DNA from: an uncultured archaeon
GTDB lineage: Archaea > Thermoproteota > EX4484-205 > JAAOZP01
Direction: 5' to 3'
Assembly (NCBI GenBank): GCA_938045545.1
Contig: CALIBN010000029.1
Coordinates: 8,077 to 72,076 of the forward strand
Length of the DNA stretch: 64,000 nt
The position numbers and the translations under genes were made by a program. This document shows, piece after piece, positions 47,966-57,543 of this stretch (within the stretch, counting starts at the first letter, position 1; the number at the start of each line of letters is the position of its first letter). Under the pieces are notes generated by a model. The model did not search any database. It saw only the letters and a list, made by a program, of their open reading frames with translations, and was not told the DNA's origin.

Positions 47966-49879
47966 TCACCAGGGCCATATCCATGAGGCTCTTGAAACCA
48001 GGGTGATGGTGGTTCCTACCGCTACGACAATGCCTATGCCTGCTGCAAACCCTGCTAGGACTATGCCTCTAATGGAGAACCATTTTTCAGGTCCAAGTAT
48101 ACGCGTCATCAAGTACTTGCTTACCAAGGACATTATGAACACCATCATGGTGTACGGTTGAATGCTGTACATTCCACCAACTAGTCCAACAGGGTTAAAT
48201 GGTATCCCCAGCTTGTTCAAAGGCAGTGAGACGAGGCTGATCCCCACGGCTATGCCAACGCCGAGAAGTATCTGATCCGCTTTTATAAGTATCTGGCGAG
48301 TTGCGAACAATGAGTCGCTTATAGCATAGTTTGGCCATATTCCGTACACGTATGGGAATAAGTAGGAGGGTATTGGGGCTATTCTCCAGAAGAAATCAGT
48401 AAATATCAGGCCGAATGTTGTTACTAGTATGAAGGATATTATGACTGCCTTAAAATAGTCCATGGGTCTTGTCCCCGTCGCATAAGCCACCTTAGTGGAG
48501 TTTGCGAAGTATGGTGTGGAGAAGCCCGCTATGGCGGGTGTGAAAATCCATCCAGCATAGCCGTTGTAGGGGCTGAAGTATATGGCTGCCTTCCACATGT
48601 TGTATATGAAGTCCGGTGAAAATGTTAATCCGAGTTCACCGTAAATCCTGGCGCCGACGGATGCTAAAACGAAGCTGAACCCTACTGAGACCAGTATTGG
48701 GAGCCAGAAGGGAACATCTGGAAGGAGAATCTCGTAGAGAAACGCGCTAAGAATCGTGGAACTGAAGAACGTGACAAGCAGTATCTTGGGCGAAGGATAT
48801 CCAGGCCCACCCTTCACCCTGCTTAGTTTCGGAAGTGTTTTAAACGCTGCCACGATTTTCCTGCTGGTCGATGCTAAAAGGAAGACGGCTAGGCCGAAGG
48901 ATAAACCCATGAAAAAGGAAAGCCAGAGTCTTAAGCCTGCTCTCTGAAGTATCAGGAATATTCCCATTCCTGGGGAATATTCTTCAACCCACTGGGGGGA
49001 GAAGCTCTTGAAAGTTGTGAGGGTAAGAGTGTTTCCAAAGATCCATGTGATTACTGATCCAACTAGCATAGCGAAGGTTAATGAGGGAGGTAGGATCATA
49101 CCGTAGAGGAAGCTCAACGGGTCTGTAGCTATGCCTATGACTGCCCCAGGTAGGAAGAACTGCGTGTAGGGCGTTAAGTCAACCCAAGGATACGGTATTA
49201 AACGTGCCTGGGGGCCGATAAGCATGGGTGTCAGGTAAAGGATTAAACCGTATATGGCTCCCATTGTCAAAGACAAGATGAAGTAAAGCAGGTCCTGAGG
49301 CCTCCTGTCATGCAGAGTGTTCACCATGGCTGTGTCGATCTGTGCAAATGGGAACGGCAGAGGCTCCTCCACCACGTAAAGATAGGAGAAAAGTATGCCT
49401 ATGGATAGTTCTGCTGCCAGGCCTAGGATTGAGAAAGCAAGGTTTACGCCTAGGGCGAAAAACCAGTCTGGATGCAGCAGGGTTCTCAACTGGTGGACGG
49501 GTGACGTGGCTGGTGGGGACATCCATGTGGGAACGTATTCCCTAAGCGGAATGTTGAAGAGCGTGAACTCTAGGCTTAAAGGGTTCGTAACATAATAGGA
49601 CCTGAATACGAGCCAGTAGTACATCGGCATGGCTCCACCTATTCCCCCTACAATAGAATAAATGATGAAAAGCTCCTGTCTCGAAAGCCTCCTGCCGTAA
49701 ATCTGTGTTAAGGCCGTGAAAAGTATTGCTGTCACGTAAGTGGCGGCAGTACTTACACCAGACCCTACTGCAAACCATAGATATATTGAGGATGGCAGGA
49801 AGATTAATGCGGCCATTATCATTGCTAAGATGCTTCTCCAAGTCAATCCCGGTGAAAATTCCTGCGAGGATTGCGTCAG
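47966..49879 (-). CDS. OPT/YSL-superfamily-like multi-pass membrane transporter
   Basis: Many TM segments; GLTWRS, LSRQELFIIY, EEPLPFP, APIPS..FPY motifs. Start is possibly CTG 49879 (SD 7 nt upstream) rather than TTG 49846. Confidence 0.7.
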   Translation of the reverse strand: MTQSSQEFSPGLTWRSILAMIMAALIFLPSSIYLWFAVGSGVSTAATYVTAILFTALTQIYGRRLSRQELFIIYSIVGGIGGAMPMYYWLVFRSYYVTNPLSLEFTLFNIPLREYVPTWMSPPATSPVHQLRTLLHPDWFFALGVNLAFSILGLAAELSIGILFSYLYVVEEPLPFPFAQIDTAMVNTLHDRRPQDLLYFILSLTMGAIYGLILYLTPMLIGPQARLIPYPWVDLTPYTQFFLPGAVIGIATDPLSFLYGMILPPSLTFAMLVGSVITWIFGNTLTLTTFKSFSPQWVEEYSPGMGIFLILQRAGLRLWLSFFMGLSFGLAVFLLASTSRKIVAAFKTLPKLSRVKGGPGYPSPKILLVTFFSSTILSAFLYEILLPDVPFWLPILVSVGFSFVLASVGARIYGELGLTFSPDFIYNMWKAAIYFSPYNGYAGWIFTPAIAGFSTPYFANSTKVAYATGTRPMDYFKAVIISFILVTTFGLIFTDFFWRIAPIPSYLFPYVYGIWPNYAISDSLFATRQILIKADQILLGVGIAVGISLVSLPLNKLGIPFNPVGLVGGMYSIQPYTMMVFIMSLVSKYLMTRILGPEKWFSIRGIVLAGFAAGIGIVVAVGTTITLVSRASWIWPW

Positions 49880-49957
49880 GGGCCCTTCACCTCGTTTTTA
49901 CCTGGGGGTTCTTATATAAAAATTTTTAAATCCCAGCTAAAAAACTTATAAGCCGAC

Positions 49958-52900
49958 ATGCTCCCCATTCTCCTAAAAGGCATGACTGTCAGAATTAGAA
50001 TCATGTTAATATCGCTTCTCCTCCTATCTGTTTTCCTCACGCCAGTCGCACAGGTTCTCGCAACCCCTGGGCAGCTTTATGCGTCATTTTCAAAACCTGA
50101 TCTTAAACCTGGTTTAAGCACTTCTGTTTCAGCCCAAGCGGAAAAACTTTTCCCGTTAGACACGGCTTGGATGAACCGGTTTATAACAGAAGTGTCTTCC
50201 TACGGTTCTAGGATGACCGGTTACCCGGGCTACTACAAGACGCTCGAGCATCTTTACAACTATCTGAACGAGGTGGGAATAGCAAGCCAGAAACACAAGT
50301 ATAAGGTGCTGGTGCCCTACGACGAGGAGACTTATGTCGAGGCCCTAGAGCCGTTTAAAGCCAGGTTTAAAGCTTACGCGCTCTATCCTAACGGTATCAA
50401 CCCTTGTCCAACTTCCTCCAACGGGATTGTTGGAAGCCTGATTTATGCTGGGGGAGGCGACTTGCAGGAGTTAGATGGGAAGAACGTCGAGGGAAGCATA
50501 GTGGCCATGGAGTTTAATTCTCGGGATAACTGGCTTAAGGCGGTTAACCTCGGAGCCGAGGCAATAATATTCATAGAGCCGGAGCAAACGACCTATCAGG
50601 AGTGCTACGCCAAGTTCTTAGACACTCCCATGGGTCTTACAAGGGTTTACGTTAAGAAGCAGGATTGGAATGTTTTGAAAGCCGCCACCCGTGTAAAAAT
50701 CGTTTCAAGAATAGCGTGGAGGGAGGTTGAGGCTGAGAACATAGTTGGATTTATAAATGGGACAGCCATACCTAACGAGGTCGTCGTACTTTCCGCGCAT
50801 TTCGACTCATGGTCTGTTGTCCCAGGCTTGTCGTCAAGTAAGACTGAGCTGTTACCCTTGGCTCTTCTGCTTCAGTATGCCCTTCACCTCAAGGCCAACC
50901 CGCCTAGATATTCAGTATGGATAGTGCTTTACTCGGGACACTGGCAGGCACTTAGCGGCTCGAGAGAGTTTGTCGAGGACTACTTTTTCAGGGAGGATGT
51001 GAGCAGTGGCAAGATAACGATCCTCGGAAACATAAACTTCGACCTTATGGCGAGTGACTCCGACGGTCTGCAGCTTCTCCACGCCAGCCAGTACTCAACC
51101 TACGGCGCTACCCCTATACATGGCGGTGGCTTCCCGCTTAGGCTCTCCTGGTTTAGCACAACGATAGGGAGCATGATTGACACGCCTGAAGTCAGGCTTT
51201 TCGCAAGGAGGATACCGAACATTAACGTTTCAGCCCCCTCCAGCGCATTCATCTCCTCGCTCGTAAGCATTTTCTTCCAGTATAATACTTTTTCAGGCAC
51301 CGAGCCCATCCCGTTTATGCTGGACTCCGAGCCTGCTTCGATCGCAGGCATACCGGCGTTCTCCATAACGACCAGGCGTTCAAACAGGATCTACGTGGGC
51401 TCCCCCATAGATGATTCGAGCTATGCTAATGTAGACGTTATAGACCCATACCTCCAACTTGCCCTCTACATTGTTGACGGCCTTCTCCGAATGGAGTGGA
51501 ATATCGATAGGGCTTCGATCAAGCCGACAAGGTTTCTCCTTTCAAATACGAGAGGATACCCGGGCTACGCTGCTCTTCAAGGCAGGGTTGTTGTCTACAA
51601 CTATAGTAAAGGATGGTACGACGGGGTTCCTGATGCTCTTGTTGAAGTAAGGCTGGTTACTTCAACCTATAAGCTTAACAGGATAGTGATGAAAAGCGGC
51701 GAGGATGGGTCTTTCACAGTCCACGGCGTTCCTATTGCCGGTGCCGCCGGGGGAGGAGGCACCGTAGTAATATTCTCAAGATGGATCGCCAGGGGGTGGG
51801 TGCTTAACGATGAGGGCATCATCACGATGGCTACTGACCTGGGGCAGTTCGGAATGATGAACTTCCCGCTTGAAATAACCGTCTTACACGCTTATGAGAA
51901 TGTTACCGTGGTGATTGCTAAAGCCGTGTCTGTGGAAGTGCTTGATTTCGAGATCCCAACCATCATAATGACGCCGAGCATAATAGATCCTAGGGCTGGC
52001 GCGTTCGAAATGTGGAGGAGCCCGCCTCAACCTGTTGCCGTGTTCTCATTCGAGATGCTTACTAAGAGTCCGCCGATAAGCTACGGCTACTATTCTAACG
52101 GCTGGGAGCCTGTTTCAATAGTATGGGTTCAGCCGGGGATAAGGTTCGTCGTCGTAAGCCCAACTGGGATACTTTTAACTAATTCTTCTCTTGAAAACAC
52201 GGAGGGAAGCGGGTTCTACGTGGAATATGGGAAGAGGGAGAGAGTGTGTTTCTCAACTTTCAGGACTGCTAAAGACCTCTACTATGTTTCATACGGCCGT
52301 TATCTTGAGCTGGTTAACAGAAACATGGGTAGCCCGAGCGCCGATGAAACCCTGAATAAGGCTCGGAGATACATAGAGGAGGTTGAGAAACTTTTAAACG
52401 AGAGGAAGTATAGCGGCATGTATGCTTACGCTCTTCTAGCCAGAGCCTACGCAATTAGGGCTTACTCCGTGGAAGTCATGCCCCTGATAAACGATTCTGC
52501 GAAGTCTCTTCTCTACATGTTTATCATAGTCATATTCGGATCTTTCTTCTTGGAGAAACTCATCATCCAGGCTCGCGGCTCAAGGCGTATTGTTGCTCTC
52601 GCCGTTCTTGCAGCAATATTCCTAGCATTGTTCAGCATTCTGCATCCAGCATTCGGATTGATGAGCAACATATCTCTAGGCATGATGGGCTCTCTAATCC
52701 TGATCGTTATCATAATAGTGTTCATAATAATACTTTCTATAAGCGAGGAGGTTAGGAAAGGCATTGAGAAGAGGGTTCTAGGTGTCCACAGGGCTGAAGT
52801 AAGCAGGCTTGACACGGCGATGATATCTTTCTCGCTGGGGAGCGAACACATGCGTCGCAGGCCTTTCCGCGCCATACTTGTTTTCCTAACACTGATCACA

Positions 52901-54535
52901 ATGGTTGTAGCCATGACATCCTTCACCTCTCTCATGCCCGGGAGGATAACGGTTCCGGTCACAAGGTATGGTTACGAGTGTAATTCCTACAGGGATGAGA
53001 TCCTGGTAAAACAGGGGAGAGGCGTCCCCCCGAACATTCTTTCAGACAAGGTTCTAGATATTGCGAAAATATTCGCCGGAGACAAATACTATGTTTTCCC
53101 GAGAGTATGGATTTACGGTCCGGTGGATAGGGCCGCGTGGACCACCTCCTTCCGAGTGTGGAGCGCAACAAACACTTCCAGAGTGCCTGCAATAATGGGA
53201 ATGACGGTGGAGGAGTTCAACCGGATTGTGAGGGGCACATGCATCGTGAGGGGTGGGCTGCTTTCCGACGATGCTGACCAGGCAGTAATATCGAGGTCGC
53301 TGGCAACTAACTTGAGCGTAACGATAGGGGACACTATTTACGTTTCAGGCATCAGGTTCACGGTGACCGGAATAATTGATTCAAACGAGGTTGATTTCCT
53401 ACAGGAGGCTGACGGATACAATATTTTCCCGGCGAACCCGAGTTTCTTCCCATCTATAAGCAGGGACATGGCTGTCTCTGCTCAAGCCGGCTCGTCTCCC
53501 CCAAACCTCGGCGTTTCAACAACAATAATAATACCCTACAGGAGGGCGCTGATGATAGGGGGATACATTGCTTCAATAGCCATAGTGCCTAAGGGAAACA
53601 TGTCTTTCAACGAGATATTCAGCCTAGCTAAGGAGCTGGCCTACTCCCTAGACCTTTCAATATATGTTTCCCACCAGGGAAAGCCTTATCTGCTTTCAAC
53701 CTTCACCACTGTGCTTCTGGGAGGGTGGGAAATAATATGGATGATCATCATCCTGGGGGCGTTGAACATATTTACCACGGTGCTGGGAAGCCTCAGGGAG
53801 CGCGTTAGAGAAGTGCACGTGTTCAGCATCGTCGGCTTATCTCCAATGGGTGTAACCGTGTTCTTCATGACCGAGGTCATTGTCTACGCTATAATAAGCG
53901 CCTTAGTAGGCTATATCGCAGGATATTTCATGACGAGGATCTTCATGCTTACCGGAATACTGCCTTCTGAACACGTTTTCAACTTCGCTTCAGCATTCGC
54001 GATCCTGGGGACCCTGGTGACGATGGCTTCAGCCTTAGCGGCGGCTGCATACCCGTCTTACATGGCTTCGAAAGTGGCTACGCCCTCGCTCGAGAGGAGG
54101 TGGAAGTTTAAGACTAAGCCTAAGGGAGACGAGTGGGATATTCCTCTGCTCGTAAGCGTTTCAACAGTCGATGAGGGGAGGGGGCTCTTAGCGTATTTAC
54201 ACGAGTATTTCGCGGGCGCAGGGGCTGTTAAAGAGGGTGTTCACATGGTTAAGGAGCTGCAACCTCCAAACTACGAGAGTCTATCGTTGAGCCTAACAGT
54301 CAGCCTCTCGCCGTTTGAAGTAGGTGTTTCCCAGAGGGTTGATATTGCCGCAAGGCTGAACGAGGAGGTGAAAAGATACGATGTTATACTCCACTTGGAG
54401 AGGCTTACGGGCCCGCAGAGCACATGGGTGACTTCAAACTACAGGTTTGTAAACGAGTTGAGGAAACAACTGATAATGTGGGGATCATTCTCAGCCACTG
54501 AGAAAGCAAGCTACATATCTATGGCAAAAGCTTAG
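49958..54535 (+). CDS. 1525-aa fusion: PA/M28-peptidase-like ectodomain, MacB-type extracytoplasmic domain and FtsX permease
   Basis: Signal peptide; SRMTGYPG, LIYAGGG, ENIVGFI, LSAHFDS, YSGHWQALSGSRE, NFDL; TM block; LGSLRERVREVHVFSIVGLSP FtsX motif. Confidence 0.8.
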   Translation: MLPILLKGMTVRIRIMLISLLLLSVFLTPVAQVLATPGQLYASFSKPDLKPGLSTSVSAQAEKLFPLDTAWMNRFITEVSSYGSRMTGYPGYYKTLEHLYNYLNEVGIASQKHKYKVLVPYDEETYVEALEPFKARFKAYALYPNGINPCPTSSNGIVGSLIYAGGGDLQELDGKNVEGSIVAMEFNSRDNWLKAVNLGAEAIIFIEPEQTTYQECYAKFLDTPMGLTRVYVKKQDWNVLKAATRVKIVSRIAWREVEAENIVGFINGTAIPNEVVVLSAHFDSWSVVPGLSSSKTELLPLALLLQYALHLKANPPRYSVWIVLYSGHWQALSGSREFVEDYFFREDVSSGKITILGNINFDLMASDSDGLQLLHASQYSTYGATPIHGGGFPLRLSWFSTTIGSMIDTPEVRLFARRIPNINVSAPSSAFISSLVSIFFQYNTFSGTEPIPFMLDSEPASIAGIPAFSITTRRSNRIYVGSPIDDSSYANVDVIDPYLQLALYIVDGLLRMEWNIDRASIKPTRFLLSNTRGYPGYAALQGRVVVYNYSKGWYDGVPDALVEVRLVTSTYKLNRIVMKSGEDGSFTVHGVPIAGAAGGGGTVVIFSRWIARGWVLNDEGIITMATDLGQFGMMNFPLEITVLHAYENVTVVIAKAVSVEVLDFEIPTIIMTPSIIDPRAGAFEMWRSPPQPVAVFSFEMLTKSPPISYGYYSNGWEPVSIVWVQPGIRFVVVSPTGILLTNSSLENTEGSGFYVEYGKRERVCFSTFRTAKDLYYVSYGRYLELVNRNMGSPSADETLNKARRYIEEVEKLLNERKYSGMYAYALLARAYAIRAYSVEVMPLINDSAKSLLYMFIIVIFGSFFLEKLIIQARGSRRIVALAVLAAIFLALFSILHPAFGLMSNISLGMMGSLILIVIIIVFIIILSISEEVRKGIEKRVLGVHRAEVSRLDTAMISFSLGSEHMRRRPFRAILVFLTLITMVVAMTSFTSLMPGRITVPVTRYGYECNSYRDEILVKQGRGVPPNILSDKVLDIAKIFAGDKYYVFPRVWIYGPVDRAAWTTSFRVWSATNTSRVPAIMGMTVEEFNRIVRGTCIVRGGLLSDDADQAVISRSLATNLSVTIGDTIYVSGIRFTVTGIIDSNEVDFLQEADGYNIFPANPSFFPSISRDMAVSAQAGSSPPNLGVSTTIIIPYRRALMIGGYIASIAIVPKGNMSFNEIFSLAKELAYSLDLSIYVSHQGKPYLLSTFTTVLLGGWEIIWMIIILGALNIFTTVLGSLRERVREVHVFSIVGLSPMGVTVFFMTEVIVYAIISALVGYIAGYFMTRIFMLTGILPSEHVFNFASAFAILGTLVTMASALAAAAYPSYMASKVATPSLERRWKFKTKPKGDEWDIPLLVSVSTVDEGRGLLAYLHEYFAGAGAVKEGVHMVKELQPPNYESLSLSLTVSLSPFEVGVSQRVDIAARLNEEVKRYDVILHLERLTGPQSTWVTSNYRFVNELRKQLIMWGSFSATEKASYISMAKA

Positions 54536-55208
54536 TGTAAGTATACTCCTCTATTTTCTTAAGCAGGTTGACAACTGTGAGGAACGCTCTCCGGATAACG
54601 CCTCCAGACTGAACACCATACAGCATGTGCATCCTTACGATCCACGATATGGATTGAGGCGCCTCCATATGTTTTTTAACCATGCTGCCAATTATCGGTC
54701 CTCTGTCTGAAGTCATCAGATATGTTTCAAAAAGTTCAACCGGTATAAGGGATGGGAAGATTTCTATCAAGTCTCCTCCCCCCTGTTTAACCAATTCCTC
54801 AACCTCCCTGCTCCTAACGACCTGCATTAGGCCTTCTTCCTCGAGCATGGTTACCCCGGATAGTGATGAGAGTCCACTCCACCTGCTGGCCTTCAGGCTT
54901 CTTCTTAAAACCCCTTTCAACTCCAGTTCCACGGATTCTGAAAGCATTCTTTTCAAAAGCTGACTTTTATCCCGGTTTTTAAGCCTGTCTTCAGGGATTT
55001 CAAGTACGCCGACCATTTCGAACTTCCTGTCTAAGCTGAACTGCATCCTCCTTACTAGGATAATAAGCCTTATTTGCGGGTTTTCAAGCGGCTTGGCAAC
55101 TAGGTTTCCCCTTCCAGTCTCCTCGAAGGAGATTTCGAACTGTTCAAGCGCCTTCTTCACGCTCTGAACCCAGGACATTACCTCTACCAGTTTATTTGAT
55201 GCACTCAT
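54519..55208 (-). CDS. Hypothetical protein
   Basis: 229-aa soluble ORF with ATG start, convergent with the FtsX fusion; no motif recognised. Confidence 0.65.
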   Translation of the reverse strand: MSASNKLVEVMSWVQSVKKALEQFEISFEETGRGNLVAKPLENPQIRLIILVRRMQFSLDRKFEMVGVLEIPEDRLKNRDKSQLLKRMLSESVELELKGVLRRSLKASRWSGLSSLSGVTMLEEEGLMQVVRSREVEELVKQGGGDLIEIFPSLIPVELFETYLMTSDRGPIIGSMVKKHMEAPQSISWIVRMHMLYGVQSGGVIRRAFLTVVNLLKKIEEYTYTKLLP

Positions 55209-55362
55209 AAATCTAACTTAAAGAGAAAATGTTTCGCGTAAACAGGTGGGTTTATGAACCCATTTTAATTGGTTTAACGCGTGTGGAAACTCTAAAGGAC
55301 ACATTTACATCCGTAAAGTTTAAATTTTGCAAATGTATAGCATAAACGAAGGTGAAAACGTT

Positions 55363-57462
55363 ATGGCTACGGAAGTAGAGCTTAAAACAGGTTTAACAGC
55401 AAGATCACTCGCCGTCTCCATCCCCCTCGCAATATTCTTCGCCTACATGTCGGTTGTCGTAGGCCTATATACCGACAAGACATCCACATTCGGTACTTTC
55501 ATCCTACCTATGGTGTATTTCGTCGTAGTTTTCGAACTCCTTGGAAGAGCCAACCCTAAGCTGAGGCTGACACCTCAGGAATTAGTCTTTCTGTTCTCAG
55601 TCATCTCTTTCCTAGGGATGCACTCATACCTGACGATGCATGCTGCAGCCCACAACAATCCTTTAAGCATGCCCGTGTACGGTGCTCTCAGCGACTACGA
55701 GGCTTTCTCGATAGACGCTTTAAGGGATTACTGGAGCAGGGCTGTTCCCTCTGTTGTAATTGCTCCTGAGCCGATACGCTTCGAGATAGCTACGATAATG
55801 ATGAACGGTAAAGCACCAGGCCAAGCTGTTCCATGGGGCTACATAACTAACGCCCTAATATACTGGGGCCTCGTCTACATGTTCTACGCCTTCATAAGCG
55901 TGTTCGTAACATTCGTCTTCGGCAGAGTCTGGGTTGAGGAGGAGAGGCTAATCTTCCCCCTTGCGGTCCCGTCACTCTACCTCTTCAGGGAAGCGGGGGA
56001 TGTCGATCCCGCTACTAATAAGTCTAGGCTTTTCAACTTCAAGGTTCCGACGACAAAGGTTTTCTGGGGCATGTTCATAATAGGCATGATAAGCGGAATA
56101 CAGCCTTTAATAGTCGAGCTCTGGCCGGAGTTCCCAGCGGCAGCATGGTGGGGCGAGCAGAATGTGAACCTTCCTTTCCTCGCTGCGCTCTGGCCAGGTA
56201 TATATGCGTCAGCAATATTCTTCATACCTCAGATAGCCGTAGGGCTGGTCATGCCTAACGATGCTCTGATAACCCTGATACTAGGCTGGATCATCTTCGG
56301 CGTGCTCTACCAGGGCATAGGCGTGAGCATGGGCATAGTAGCGTACCAGGCTGGCATGGAGTACGTGTGGCCCTGGGAAGCATACCCTGGCCAGTGGATG
56401 CCTTTCCCATACAGGATGGTTGCTTCAACCGGCGTGGCCCTTGGAATAGCGATATGGTGCCTCTACACCCAGAGGAAGAGGTTTGCAAGCGTATTCTCAT
56501 CCCTCTGGAAGGGAGGGGAGGAGAGAGGCCTATCAATGAGAACAATCCCACTACTCCTACTAATAGGCGCATTCGGATGGTACGCCTTAATGCTGATCGA
56601 AGGAGCAGACCCATTGATCGCATTACTCGTACCACTCTGGGCCTTGGTCTTCCACGTAACTTACGCGAGAGTATACGCTGAGGTCTTCTGGCACGTCGGA
56701 ACAGGCTGGGGTGCTGGTCCTGCAGCCTGGGACCCGACCTACGTAGTAGGGTCAGCCCTAAGAGGATGGCCCGCACCCATGAGCGTAACCTGGGACACGC
56801 CAATGACTGATCCAGCCTGGTTCACAATAGCTAGGCACATGGCGAACGCTGGCCATTGGAACGTGTCCTTCGGCCCACTGTCAGCAGGGTTCCAGGTGAC
56901 GCTGTACAAGCTTGCCTACGAGCTTAGAATGAGGATGAGGGACTTCCTGATCGCTTTAATCATCGGCATGGTTGTGCTGCTATTCGTGTTCGTTCCGCTG
57001 AACACCTACTTCATATTCAACACGCAGGGCGGTGTCAACCAGCTGGGAGACCGCGTGTTCACTTGGTGGCCTTGGATTGCAGCAGGATACTATCACAGGG
57101 GTAGGTGGGCTGGGCCCGCGGAGCTAACAATAGAATATGCCCTTGGAATATGCTACGGCCTCGGAATACTTCTTGCACTAGTACTCTACATCTTGAAGCT
57201 TAAAGTACCTTTCTTCTGGTTCATAAGCGTTCCAGCCCTATACGTATCCATGACCATACCGACATACATGTGGCTGACCTCGCTGATCGCGTTAATAATA
57301 AAATTCGTCGTGATCAGGACCATAGGGATTAAGAAGTATGAGGAGTATGCTATGCCAATAGTTGCAGGATGGATCCTCGGCTTCGGCGCCATGTGGCTGC
57401 CTGCTGCACTGCTAAACCTTGGAGTAGTATTCCCGAAGATGCAAACCCTGTTCCAACCATAA
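55363..57462 (+). CDS. OPT-related multi-pass membrane protein (DUF6785-like)
   Basis: GLTARS, LTPQELVFLF, WVEEERLIFPLA; many TM segments; AAGGTGA SD before ATG 55363. Confidence 0.72.
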   Translation: MATEVELKTGLTARSLAVSIPLAIFFAYMSVVVGLYTDKTSTFGTFILPMVYFVVVFELLGRANPKLRLTPQELVFLFSVISFLGMHSYLTMHAAAHNNPLSMPVYGALSDYEAFSIDALRDYWSRAVPSVVIAPEPIRFEIATIMMNGKAPGQAVPWGYITNALIYWGLVYMFYAFISVFVTFVFGRVWVEEERLIFPLAVPSLYLFREAGDVDPATNKSRLFNFKVPTTKVFWGMFIIGMISGIQPLIVELWPEFPAAAWWGEQNVNLPFLAALWPGIYASAIFFIPQIAVGLVMPNDALITLILGWIIFGVLYQGIGVSMGIVAYQAGMEYVWPWEAYPGQWMPFPYRMVASTGVALGIAIWCLYTQRKRFASVFSSLWKGGEERGLSMRTIPLLLLIGAFGWYALMLIEGADPLIALLVPLWALVFHVTYARVYAEVFWHVGTGWGAGPAAWDPTYVVGSALRGWPAPMSVTWDTPMTDPAWFTIARHMANAGHWNVSFGPLSAGFQVTLYKLAYELRMRMRDFLIALIIGMVVLLFVFVPLNTYFIFNTQGGVNQLGDRVFTWWPWIAAGYYHRGRWAGPAELTIEYALGICYGLGILLALVLYILKLKVPFFWFISVPALYVSMTIPTYMWLTSLIALIIKFVVIRTIGIKKYEEYAMPIVAGWILGFGAMWLPAALLNLGVVFPKMQTLFQP

Positions 57463-57463
57463 A

Positions 57464-57474
57464 CCTTTTTTTTG
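57464..57474 (+). terminator. Archaeal oligo-T terminator
   Basis: CCTTTTTTTTG immediately after the 57462 stop. Confidence 0.45.
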
Positions 57475-57543
57475 ATAATCATTTCCTCGTCTTGTTTAGT
57501 TTCAAGCTTGACGAAAGTTTTTAAAAAAGTGGCATAAGACCAT

